Shown here: piece by piece, positions 30,404 through 42,900 of the stretch
How positions within the stretch are numbered: the first letter of the stretch is position 1
Layout: each line of letters starts with the position of its first letter
Source: a virus
DNA: 64,000 nucleotides
Virus record (IMG/VR): IMGVR_UViG_3300009001_000006
Span: 32,001-96,000 of that record
Direction: 5' to 3' (one strand)
Made by a program: the position numbers and the translations under genes
The notes under the pieces: model-generated
What the model saw: the letters and a program-made list of their open reading frames with translations, nothing else
Database searches by the model: none
What the model was told of the DNA's origin: nothing

Positions 30404-32330
30404 TTGGTTCTTTCTCTAGTATAATGGTGACTAAATCTTTTGATTTGTTGATAAAGAATTCCTGTTTTTTTGATAAGTATCCTTCGTGCCAAGATTCTAT
30501 AGAATATTTGCCATAATCCAATTCTACAATACCATATCCACAACCATCGATTTTATTTCCATCATCATCAATGATTTCATAACAAGCTTCAGATGGTGAT
30601 ATATTAATTAATACCCCGTTTGTAAATTCTGGTGATGTGAATAATAATTTACTTGGTGTTTTATCGTAAGTATTTAATGATTCTATAGGAATATCATAGG
30701 TTTTTGACATCATAGCTTGAGAATATTGTTGTTCTTCTTTAAATGATTTTAATATAGTGAATGCATAATATTCGCTATTTATATTTGTCTTATTATATTC
30801 AATAGCATAAATATATCTATCGTATACTTTAATTTTATAATCCCCATGGGTCAAATCATTAATCCTTAAATAATTGTCCTTAATATCATAATATGATTTA
30901 TTATCGTCTTTGTCTATTAATTCAGCTTTTAAAGAATTCTTATCTCCACCAGCAACATATAAATATATCTCACCAAGATTGTTATTAGATTTGGTGGTCA
31001 AACACCTAATATCAATTTGTTTAGACTTGTTGAGAAAATTTAAAACTTGCTCTGGATTATTAGGTAAAAAATTAATAATTGTTGATATATTTGGAGATAT
31101 ATAAAGACCGCTAGTTGTATAAGAGTACCTAATAGTTTCTGTAATAGATTTATCTGTCTTTGTATCTGTTAAAGACACAATATCATCATTGTGAAATAAA
31201 TATTCATAATTTTTATCTAATATAATAGATCCTATTAATAATTTATTTTGATTATTAAATGTCGTATCATGGTATAAGGTGATGTCTTCGTCGCCAATAG
31301 ATAATACAGAAGTAGCTTGTGATATTCTGGTTAATCCAGGACTAATATAAAAATACATATAATCTAGACCATCAATACTTACAGTATCAAAGTCTAATAC
31401 TATATTTTGCTCTGTTTTTTGTTTTTTGTGCTCTAAGACAATTTTATTCGATTTTAATTTTTTGTGGAAGTCTTTTATTTTATTTTTTTCTAGTGGTATT
31501 AATAAAAGATTATAAAGCTTTTGTGTTGTTTCTTCAGGAAAATAAGATTCGCTACGGTAGTCTGCAGAAATTTTTGTATTAACTAAAATATTAGATGGCT
31601 CAGATATGAAAAAATCCTTATATATCTTACAGTTATTAGAGTCTGTAACAATTAATGTATAATAATTAGACTTGAGTTTATTTTTAATAGAGTTTTTATT
31701 AACAACAATAGGTTTGCTATCATCCTGTATAAACCAAGCTATAGAATATGGGGCTTTACCACCAGATATTGTACATTCAACATTTTCTGATGTTCCGCCA
31801 TTATATTTAATGGGCTCCCATTGTAATTCTACTTTTAAATAGTCTATTTTTTTACTAATATTTTTACGCTCAACCATACAACCCAAACTATCTTTAATAG
31901 TAATATCATATGTATGATCGGCTTTAATCTCATCAACTATATTATTATCATTAGTAGTAATATTTTTACCGTTTATAGACACAGCATATGGTGATTTACC
32001 ACCAGACCACATAATATTTAGATCACCAATATCGTTTTTACAATATAAACCGTCTATTTGCACTAAATCAATAGAAAGTATATCTGGACACTCTATTTCT
32101 ATGCTTTCTATATAATCTTGTTTATTATCTATATCATAGATATTGACTTCATACAGACCGCACCCTAAATTTGATACTGTTTTACCATGGTTAGTAACTT
32201 TAGCATCTGGCGGAAGATTTTTCCATGTTATAGATAAATTTTTATTGTCCGTAAGATCTATAATATCAATTCCACCATTAGTATTAGATGTACATTCTGG
32301 AGTATATAAATCTATCTTATATTTTTTCAT
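30390..32330 (-). CDS. SprB-repeat / Ig-like virion protein
   Basis: SGGKSPY, SGGKAPYSIAW, YDITIKDSLGC, YTLIVTDSNNC repeats; C-terminal PEGA-like segment. Confidence 0.6.
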   Translation of the reverse strand: MKKYKIDLYTPECTSNTNGGIDIIDLTDNKNLSITWKNLPPDAKVTNHGKTVSNLGCGLYEVNIYDIDNKQDYIESIEIECPDILSIDLVQIDGLYCKNDIGDLNIMWSGGKSPYAVSINGKNITTNDNNIVDEIKADHTYDITIKDSLGCMVERKNISKKIDYLKVELQWEPIKYNGGTSENVECTISGGKAPYSIAWFIQDDSKPIVVNKNSIKNKLKSNYYTLIVTDSNNCKIYKDFFISEPSNILVNTKISADYRSESYFPEETTQKLYNLLLIPLEKNKIKDFHKKLKSNKIVLEHKKQKTEQNIVLDFDTVSIDGLDYMYFYISPGLTRISQATSVLSIGDEDITLYHDTTFNNQNKLLIGSIILDKNYEYLFHNDDIVSLTDTKTDKSITETIRYSYTTSGLYISPNISTIINFLPNNPEQVLNFLNKSKQIDIRCLTTKSNNNLGEIYLYVAGGDKNSLKAELIDKDDNKSYYDIKDNYLRINDLTHGDYKIKVYDRYIYAIEYNKTNINSEYYAFTILKSFKEEQQYSQAMMSKTYDIPIESLNTYDKTPSKLLFTSPEFTNGVLINISPSEACYEIIDDDGNKIDGCGYGIVELDYGKYSIESWHEGYLSKKQEFFINKSKDLVTIILEKEPNGFY

Positions 32331-32347
32331 TCCTATTTATATCCTTA

Positions 32348-33946
32348 TTAACAATTGCTTGGTTTTGTCCATTCCTTTGTTACTCTAAAAGAACCAGTAT
32401 TGGTTTTTGTGGTATTATAACTAGTCAAGTACCAACCACCAGCGCCTTCTTCAGATCCCTTTTGATCAGCTATGCCAACGGCACAGTTTGTAAGATATCT
32501 TTCCTCACAGCCAGTGTCATCTACAGTAACACTAACTGTTACAGATACTGTTTCTTTGGTGGTTGTGCCTAAATTTTGTAAAAGTGGCGCTCCCCTAAAA
32601 GGTATTGTAAATTCTGCAAAAATATTCGTAGGGTAAGTATGAGATATCTCTACCTCTGTTTTCGCAGCTCCTGGTATGCTACAATTTTTTGCTGTTGAAT
32701 ATTCATGACTAAAAGATACTGTACCCTGGCCAAAATTTCTAGTAACACTTTTATTAACTTCCCTTAAAGTACATTCAGCTGGTGGTACAATCGGTTCACA
32801 AACACCCAACAAACCCCCACTAGTGCAATCTCCAGTGTCATTTAAAGCCTGTTCTAAATACTGGGTAGCTATACCTAAGAAACTATTTTTAATACTACCA
32901 TACACGCCATCAGCAGCACCAACCCTATCGGCACTCATACTATGAAAAGCACCATTAGTGATTATAGTATTAAAATCATGACTATACAAACCCTCTACGG
33001 TGCCGGATACAGTAACTATTCTTCCTACTTGAGTACTGTCGGCTCTAGAATCAACAGTAATATCTATAAACGCATTAGGATGTGTACAGCCAGCTGGTCT
33101 CATAATAACATCGCCAGATACTGTCATAGTTCCATTTATAGGATCAGCATCCACACTTCTTACATGAAGTTGTTTACTACCACTATGATAAGTGTTCAGC
33201 GCATTAGTTAATGATGATGGACTAGCTAAACCGCTAGCAATATTACCATTTTGAATTTGCCCTATTCTTCTTTTAATTACTTCTTCAGCAGCTTCGATAC
33301 CAGTTTTTTGACTTAGCTGACCTTTACATCCGACACTGCCACCAGTAGCACTAATATTAAAACTATATTTAGCATGAGCTTTACCAGCTTTAATAGAGCT
33401 AACCTGATCTACCGCAAAACCATCATTATCTACATTAAGAGTAACGCTTTCGGTAATATCTTTAATAATTTCACCAGAAGTAACATAACTACCAGCACTA
33501 GCATTAGGCCTTACGGCAAGCTGGCCGTTATTGTGATACATTTCTAATTCGATGTTGTATGTAGCGAGTTGAGTCCATGTTGGATCTGGGCCTTCATCTA
33601 CACTAACAGATCTAACAGTACCATAACCATTTACTAATACGGCACCACCACAATTAATATTAACTTGAACACAATCACCCACCCTACCTATACCTTCTAT
33701 AATAGCTTTAGCTTGACTGCTTACATCACTAAATCCACCAGCAGTTGCAGTATAAACTGTTCCATTAAGAGATACTGTTAAAACACCTCCAACAACAAGC
33801 TCACCAATTCTGTACTGATCTGTAGAAAGACTTACAAAAGGAGCAGGATTTAGACCTTGACCATTTACAGATATAGTGGCTCCACCAGCTGGTACATTTT
33901 GTGTTGATACAGTCTGAACGGTTGTTTTTTCATCTCTAATTTTCAT
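32348..33946 (-). CDS. Putative distal tail / tail-tip protein
   Basis: Beta-rich 532-aa protein immediately after the TMP. Confidence 0.55.
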   Translation of the reverse strand: MKIRDEKTTVQTVSTQNVPAGGATISVNGQGLNPAPFVSLSTDQYRIGELVVGGVLTVSLNGTVYTATAGGFSDVSSQAKAIIEGIGRVGDCVQVNINCGGAVLVNGYGTVRSVSVDEGPDPTWTQLATYNIELEMYHNNGQLAVRPNASAGSYVTSGEIIKDITESVTLNVDNDGFAVDQVSSIKAGKAHAKYSFNISATGGSVGCKGQLSQKTGIEAAEEVIKRRIGQIQNGNIASGLASPSSLTNALNTYHSGSKQLHVRSVDADPINGTMTVSGDVIMRPAGCTHPNAFIDITVDSRADSTQVGRIVTVSGTVEGLYSHDFNTIITNGAFHSMSADRVGAADGVYGSIKNSFLGIATQYLEQALNDTGDCTSGGLLGVCEPIVPPAECTLREVNKSVTRNFGQGTVSFSHEYSTAKNCSIPGAAKTEVEISHTYPTNIFAEFTIPFRGAPLLQNLGTTTKETVSVTVSVTVDDTGCEERYLTNCAVGIADQKGSEEGAGGWYLTSYNTTKTNTGSFRVTKEWTKPSNC

Positions 33947-33969
33947 AACAAATATTATTCCTTATGAGT

Positions 33970-36900
33970 TTACGCTATTCTACCCAATGTTGTCAATGCT
34001 TGTAATTTTGTTTGTAAAGCCTCGGCAATTTGGCGCTTATCTTCTTCACTTAATTTATAGTTACTATCTTGTGGTGCTATTAGTTCTACTCTAATAGTAT
34101 CACTATTAACATTAATAGTATCTGGAATATTAGGTCCTTTAATCTCAATATTTTTCAATCCATTCAGAGCGTTCACAAGTTTATCAACATGATTACCAAA
34201 ATTATTAACAGGTCCGCCAAGAGCAGGAAATACTCTGGCTAAATTATTAATTAGTCCACCAAAAGCACTAGTTTCGCTATTAAAGTTTCTGATAAATGTA
34301 TTAAATACACTTTCTGCACCAGACATATCCAAACCTAAGGCTCCGCCAACCATTCGCCCCATAGAACTTAGGCCACCATCAAAATAGTTCCTAGCTTGTA
34401 TTACACCGCCAGATCTAGCATAGGTTGCTCCCCCCATATGAGTTGGCATTGACCCATTATTAATAGATTTAAGCAACGGTAAGTGTTTTTGCGTAGCGGC
34501 CCTATTAACCACAAACTCTCCCGGAGTAAGCATAGCAGGAACAGTATCTGTTCCCTTTGGCTGATAGTTTACAAGTGTAGAGCCGCCACCGCTAAGATAA
34601 TTTGGTATTGAACCACCCCTAGCTCTTTTAACAGGTTCTTGCATTTGTATTTCTTTTTGGCTTACAATAAATTCTTTATTATCAAAAGGAGTAGGTGCCC
34701 CAATTAAGCCTCTAAATTCTTGTTGACCCTTACCACCCTTACCAGATTCTGTTAATATGCCACCACCCTCAAGTATCATATTATAAGGATCTTTACCAGG
34801 AGCTAAGGCAGCTTGATACTTATCTAGAAATCCATTGGCACTAATCTGTTTGCCGCCAATAGTAAAGCTACCAGCTTTAGTTTGGGTGTCAGAAATAACA
34901 CCAGCAGCATTTTCATCAATAATTCTAGCAGTAGTCTGATCGCCCTTCACAAAGTAATTCTTTAAAGAATCCCATAATGTATATATAGGCTTTAATTTTA
35001 ATATGCTACTATCTAAATCTTTTTCATATTTACCGTATATGGGATCTTGCAAAGTTGACGCAAAATCAAAATCTTTTACATAATCTAATCTAGCCTGTCT
35101 ATTTGTAATACCTAATCTTTGACCAAAATTTAATGCACTGGCTAGCAATCCAAGGATAGTGGTTTTCTTTGTTGTTTCTCCAGATAAATCAGTAAATCTA
35201 TCTCTATCTTGTGCTGATATTTCAGTGCTACCAGCAGATGCGAAAAGATTAGCAATACCAGCGGCTTGTTTGGCTCCTCCGGTTCCTGCGCCGCTTAAAG
35301 CCCTATTAACAGCATATGTTTTACCCGCTCTAATTCTTTTGATACTATTTCTATCAGTTAGTACGGTTTCCCTAAGCGCATCACCTGCCATATTGATACC
35401 AAGTCTTCTAGCTACTGTATCAAAACCATCAGCTGATGTAATGCCACCGAACTCGTAATCAAAATTATCTTTAATAAATTTGGGTACCTGACCGTTGATA
35501 GCATTTCTGTATTTTTTGATACGCTGCTCTTCAGTGCCAACTCCAGGTCCAAATCTTGGGAAATTTAATGGAGCGAAACCAGGATTAGCTCTGCCATAAA
35601 TGCCACGATTCATTTGTGCGGTATATTTTTCTAATGCTCCAGCTATATCTTCCCATGAGCCAACTTTATCTTGAGGCAGTGATTCTGCTTCTTTACCCTT
35701 TTGCTTGGATATATCTTGAAGTCTTTTTCGTGTTTTATTTAAAAATGCCTGTTCATATTGTTTACCAAAATCTCTATTAAATGAATTAGCGGCACCAGTT
35801 ACACTCCATAAACCAAATTTACTAGCAATAGTATCACCAAGCTCGTCGGTAACTCCTACATTATACATGTTCTTGAGGGTGTCTAGCATCCAACCAGGAT
35901 CAGCAACATCGCTATCTAATAATTGTATAGCATCAGGATTAATACCTTTAAGCCAGTTATCCATATCAGATTCTGTTTGTGGTATTGGGTTAGCACCAGG
36001 AATACCAAGAGACTGACCATAATTCTTTAATAATTTTTGAATATTATTATTAACAGTTGTGGTATAAGGATTCATTACTTCTTCAAGATTTAGCCCTGGT
36101 TTTCCATACAACATATCATCATCCATTTGCTTAAATGGATTAATTCTAGTTCCACCAAAAGAAGCGTTAGCTGGGTGGTTGAACAATACATATTGTAGAG
36201 TTCGTAAACCAAGAGTATCATTACCACCTATTCTTTGTTCTGGATCGTTACCTAGTTCTTCTCTGAATTTCCATCTTTTCTGAAGAAATTCAAATTCTAA
36301 ATACTTATCATCATAATTGTCTTTATCTTTATAGTATTTGTCCCATTCTTTATGTTTAGCTTTAAGTTCAGATCTCCTATCAGCTTCTTTTTGTAGGTAA
36401 CCCTTAAGTTGTGCTGGTGTACTAGCTCCAGACTGAGCTTCATACTTAGACATCATCTTGTTAATATCTGCTGCTGTTTGTTTCTTTTGTTTCTCTGTAG
36501 CTTTACCTTGACTGCTTTTTGACATCCATTCTGCATTAGCGGCTTTCATCATCATATCTGCTTTTAAAGCTTCTGATTCATCATCTACTTGTTGTTTAGT
36601 AGCAGCAATACTTAATAAACCAGCTTTGATAGGTTCGTCACTAACGCCTTTTACAGGACCGAAGGTTCTGGTATAGTCTAGTTTGGTATTATTAAATTTA
36701 TTTAGTAATGTAGAATCACTTTCTGTTCCCTCATCTTTAGCCGTTTGTAAAGCTTGAAATCTTTGTTGAAATCCAGCAAGCAGTTGAGCATTACTGGTGA
36801 CTGTTGTGCCTTGTTGTTGTTGAACCAACAACTCCTGAAGACGAACATTATCGTCGATAACGCTGTCTTTTAGCATAGCCTTTTCTAAATCATTAGGCTC

Positions 36901-39900
36901 TACCGATTTAGGTTTTGTTGGAGGCTCAAGATTAAATTTAGGTTCTTTTGTTGGTACTCCAAGATTAAATTGTGCTCTATAATCACTTTCTAATAATTGT
37001 TTTAAACTGTCTCTACGATGAGTTAAGGCTAAAAGCTTGTCTTGTTGAGGAGAACTAGTTTGAGAATATAAATCTCTAATTCTATCCATAACCTCTAAAT
37101 ATTCAGCTTCATAAGTTTGTCTAGCACTTTGTGTTAAAAGCTCGCCCTTAGCAACACCGCCATCTTGACTATTTCCACCTAATTCAAATTCAGGAATACT
37201 AATTCTTCTAGCATAGTAATTAACAACACCAAGAGGATCTATTAAGCCTTTATTTCTAGCTTGTACAGCCTGACCGAATCTGTATTTGCTAGTATCTTCA
37301 CCTACATTCTCACCACCCGTAGCGTCCATAATCTCTGCATTAGTACGCTCAAATACTCTTCTACTATGCTCGGAATGCTGTTCAATCGCTTCTCTAGAAG
37401 CTGGTGTTGGTGGTGGTAAAGATCTAGGAGCTGGTAATGGATCGGCACTAGCGCCTGCGCCTCCTACATCAATCGGTGACGCAAAACTATCGTCATATAG
37501 CTCGTCGCCAATTCCTTGGCCTACTGAAGTCATTCCTCTTGGGGCTCGTGGAATTGGTGCTGGAGGTACTGGTGGGGGCGTAACATCATCAGCTAGTCTA
37601 GCAACATCATCAAGAGTTGTTGCGCCTGTATCTATCTGAGTGGTTCCTGGTAGGGGGCTAGCATCATCAGCCATTCTAGCAACATCATCAAGAGTTGTTA
37701 CGCCCGTATCTATCTGACTTGATCCTGGTAATGGCTTAACATCATCAACCGCTGTGGCTGGAGCGGCTGGCACTGGAGGAGGCATCAAATCATCGGCTGC
37801 TTTGGTTGATAGTGGTACTTGAATATCTGGTGCGCCACTAGGCGTTGGTTTACCTTTCAATGTACGTCTAGATAGCTTAGCTGCTTTTTGACCAATTAAT
37901 TTTCTACCCTTTTCTACAGCTTCGCCAACTTTCATTGTTGCGGCACTAACACCAGTTTTAGTGTTTGCTACAGCTTTAGCTAATATTCTAGGTGTTGCTG
38001 TTTTATAAAGACCCTTTATAACAGCATTAGCGCCAGCATCAGACAATAGCATTTCAGCAGCAAAACCAGTCCATTGACCTGCACTATATGAACCTGGATT
38101 TTCTTGAACTTTCTTAACAATTCTGTCTTTCCATCCGCTAGGAAGCCAGCTATAGGCGTAACTATTCACACCATGACCAATGAGGTTTCCGGCCATAGCG
38201 CCACCAATAGTCCACAACGGTAAAGCAACCGCCGAACCAACACCAGCGGTAGGTACTCCAACAGCTGTACCTGCTACTACACCTAATCCACCGCCAATAA
38301 TACCCCCAAGAGTGGGTAGAGCTTTAGAGGCTAATCCATAAAAATAAGCTTCAAGATCAACAGCATTTCTAGAAGCAATACTTCTTTCAAAAATATCATT
38401 AAATCCGCTTCTAACATTAGGTTCCATAGGTAATTTTGGATCGCCACCATAATTTTTGCCAGTTACTGCTGGGTGGCTTGTAGACGCATTACCAACAGAA
38501 TCTTTGCCAAATAATGGAATACCATGAGCAGCCTCCATCTCTATAGCAAACTCACGAGCATCTTTAAGAGAATCAAAAGATGTACTGCTCCAAGGTTGAC
38601 CTTCTTTTTCTTTTTCTTTCCAATCAGGAATTAATACTTTTGCTCTTTGATATTTAATAATATTGCTAGGTGAAAAATATTGTTTCTTATGGTCACTAAT
38701 AATCTTATTTAATTTAGTAACTTCTGTATCGCTAACACTACCATCTTTGTTGCCAATAAAATCCATATAATCAAATGGAACTGTATCTTTATTGGCTTCA
38801 TAATCATCAACTGAATCTTTGTTATATCGTTTAAGATTGCCAAAATTACGATAAGCAGTTGTATTTCCTGTTCCAATCTGACCACCCATAGCTCTATATT
38901 CAACCTGACCGCCATTATAATAATTACCACTATTAATAGAATTCAATAATGGTAGATTCTTCGCGGTTGCGGCCCTATTAACAACAAATTCACCAGGAGT
39001 AAGCATAGCTGGTACTGTATCTGTACCTCTTGGTTGGAAATTAATCATTTGTCCAGCAGCAGCATAAACAATACCTCCAGTAGCTAGACCTTGACTATCT
39101 GCTGGACGACCCAAACCTAATCTGTCGGCAACAGCATTTAACTCTGCAACTATATTATCTGTGGCTGTCTTCATTCTAGAGGTAAAGTCGTCAGCACCCT
39201 GTCTTAATGCGTTAGCAGTCAACTCTGCGCCAGTACCAATCAATTTAGATTGTTGTTCTACAGCCAATGTTTGTTGTTTAATAGCTTCTTGATAAGCATC
39301 AACAAAAGGTTGGATTGCTGGATTCTGATCTTGTGGTGCGAAATCTGCTGCAAAAGTATCTCTAAACTGCTGGATAGTTGCAGGGTTGCCACCAGCATTT
39401 TCCAAAATAGTCATAGCATTATTAAAAAACGCTTCTTGTGTTCTGGCAAATTCTTCTGGAGTTTGAGTACTTTCTACCATTCTTAAACTAGAAATACCTT
39501 GAGCAATATCGTTCACAGTGCCTGTTCCAGCCATAACGTTAGAGTAAGACACCTGTTCCTGTCTCATTTGCATCAATGCTTCTGGATTATTTACATTGGC
39601 AAGAAAATCCATTACACCACTACGTCTACCAGCAGAAATTCGCTGCTGCTCATCTATTTTCTTTAGGGCATTAGAGGCTCTATCAGTGCTAGTAGCTAGT
39701 ATATCTAAAGCTCTTTGGTAACTATTAATTTTTGATGTAAGCTTAGCAATTTGTCCTGATCCAAGAGCACTAGTTTGTGTATTTGGATCTGCTTCTAACG
39801 CTCGTTTCTGAGCAATAGCTTCTGCTATCATGCTGCCAATTTTAGCAGCGTCAGTTGTTCCGCCAGTTAAACCTGATACAGAACCCATGAATGGTGCGTT

Positions 39901-42900
39901 TAGGTCGGCCAAGCTAATTGTTCTATTAAATTTATCCGCAAGATCATTGGCGCTTTGTAATTGTATGTCTCGAACCTTAATAACATTATCTTTTAATCTG
40001 TCTAATTGACCAGCAAGCTGATTAGATATGCCACCAAGAACCCTGTTGGCCTCTACTTGTTTTTTAGCATATTCTTCAAAAGTACTTCTAGCTTTTTCTG
40101 CTGCTGCATCTAATTCTTCAAGACCTTTGATGTTATTGGCTAAATCTTCATAACTCATACCTTGTCTATTACCGGTAGAATCGCTAATATAGTTTATAAT
40201 ACTATCTTCAAGATCTTTCTTAATATTTTTGTCAATATCCACGCCAGTAAACATTGTTTGTAATCTGTCTCTAATATTACTTTCGGCACCAGCGTCAATA
40301 GGTCCGCTATCAGCAGTATCTCTAAGAATTAATGGTAATTCTTTTCTCATTACTTGAAGACCTTTAACGAGATCTCCCATTTGTCTGGTTTCTTTAGTAT
40401 CTCCTAAACTTGCATTAATATTATCTACAACACCAGCTAGCTCTTGAGAACTATAAGCAGTTATATTAGATAATGTTCTAACAGCATTTTCTTCTGGATC
40501 TGCAGAAGCAACATTACCACCACTATATTCATCAGCAATCCTAGATAATCTACTAGAACTAGCAGCAATCTCAGATGTAACCCTATTCATTGTGGCACCA
40601 AGCCTATTCATTACATCTGTAAGATTTAGAGTGAATTTTTGTAATTCTCTATTAACCCTTATCATTTGCCTATTAAGGGCTATGCTACGGTTTTGTGCTC
40701 CTGATTCTTCTGCAATAGCTCTAGCGACCTTTTTTCTCATTTCAGGATCAGAGCTTTCGTATTCTTTCTGAGCCGTACTAAGATCAATGCCCTGTCTTTC
40801 TCTTCTTTGTAGATATAATCTTTTATTAACTTCTTCACTAGCCTCAACAACAATCTTTTCGGCTTTTATTCTATCATCGCCGCTTAAAGTGTCAAGATAT
40901 TCTTGTACGGTCTGGTTTTCTCCCATTTCATAACCAGCGCCACTAAGCTTAGCTCTAGCCTGATTTTGTAATAATACATTAAGATCATTAATCCCACCAG
41001 AAGCATCCCTAGTACTAGCATACTGAGCTCTTCTTTGTTCTGCTGTTAAATTAGCTCTTTCAACAGTATCAACTTTACTCAAAAATTTTCTAGAAGATTC
41101 TGGATCTCTTGTAATACGTTGGGTTTCTAAATCAACTAATTTTCTTAATTGTTCCAGTGAGGCTATTTGGGCAGCTAATTGTTGCTCTTGGGCTGTGTTA
41201 TCAAAGAAACCCGAAATACCACTCAACAAAGTATCACCCAAAACATACGTCAGCATAGTCCCAAAACCACTACCAAAAAATTTACCTATGGTACGAAATA
41301 CAGGGGAAACTATCTTAAATAGCCCTTTAGTAAGTGTTGGCCCGATTGTTCTAAAGCCAAGCCTAATAGCGCCTACAATTAATTTACCTATTATACCACC
41401 AGCAAAATGGCCCTGTCTAGCAATACCTCCACCAGCATAACCAATACGAGAGATACTACCCCCGCCAGAGTAACCTTTAGCACTTATTGAACCGCTAGAA
41501 ATTTTACCTCCAGTAGCAGCCCTTAAAGCATCCATCGAAGAACTTTTGATTACATATGAATTAGCTGGTAAATTAGTCTTAAAATTATCAACCTTACCAC
41601 TACCCTTACCTGGAACAATACCCATAGGTGCGCCATCAAGCATATCTGGATTAGCACCATAACCATTTTTATCTGCGTTATTTAATCTTTGCAATTGCAT
41701 GTCAGAAAACTGTGAGGCTACTTCTGGAGATAGTACCCCTTCTCCTGCGGCCAAATGTACAGGAACCAATGGCCCATCAGATCCGCTAGAGTAACCTACG
41801 CGACCACCAATAGCCATACCCCTTCTGCCACCACGACGACGACCACGCCCCATTGGCATAGGAACCATACTTGCTGCTTGAGTCATTCTAGCAGCAGCCA
41901 TAAAGCCTATTACGGTAGATAATGTACTAAGAAAACCTTCTAAACCACTGCTTAAAGCATTCCAAATTCTATTACTTTCTATTTCCTGAGCAGATTTACT
42001 CAAAGCTTGATTCAAAGCCTCATAATCATCATTTAATTGCTTAACTAGTTCTTGTCTTTCTGCTATTGTTTGAGCCATATCTAAGCGGCTAAGTGTTTTA
42101 TCTAAATTACTAGAGGCTTCAGTTACACCCCTCATAGCGTTTTCTACTTCTTTAGCTGTAGATTCTTTAATAAATCCACTAACGGCGCCACCAGCTAAAC
42201 CAATAGCACCACCAACAGCAGCTCCTCTTCTACCAAACGCTTGTTGACCTAATACAGCACCACTCAAACCAAAGCTACCAGCAGATTTTAACGCTCCAGT
42301 AACACCAGCCACAGCTTCGCTATGATCTGATACGGTTCCGGTAAGCTTGTCGAAGGAATCGATTAGTTGTGGTAATTTACTAGCTAATAATGTTGAACCT
42401 GCACCTAGTATTCCTGTCAGCCCTCCCATCTTATCACCAATCATAGTGATTTTATCGGCCACATCAGGGAAAGAACTAGATAGTCGAGCCATACCAGGAA
42501 GATTAGCTGTACTAAATTTAGTACCAATATCGTCAAGTATTTTACCAAAACCAGATTCTATACTTTCCTGTGCTCCTCTAAGATCCATTTTATCAAATGC
42601 GCCAAACTTACCCTCGCTTAAGGATTTTTGTGCTCTAAAGTCTATATCTTTTGTTTTCATTCCTTCGGTTAAGAAGCCCAATTCTTTAGCCATTTTTTCT
42701 TGAGCTTCAGCTGCCATATCAATAGCATCTATTTGACTATCAAGTGTATCGGCCCATTCTGCTGATTTAGCTTTTATTTCCTCAAGAGATAAACCTTTCT
42801 TCATCATATCAATTAAATCATCCAGACTTTCACCAAAAACATCAGGATCAATTTGATCTACACCGCCATACATTCTTTCTACAAGATCTTGTACTTGGGC

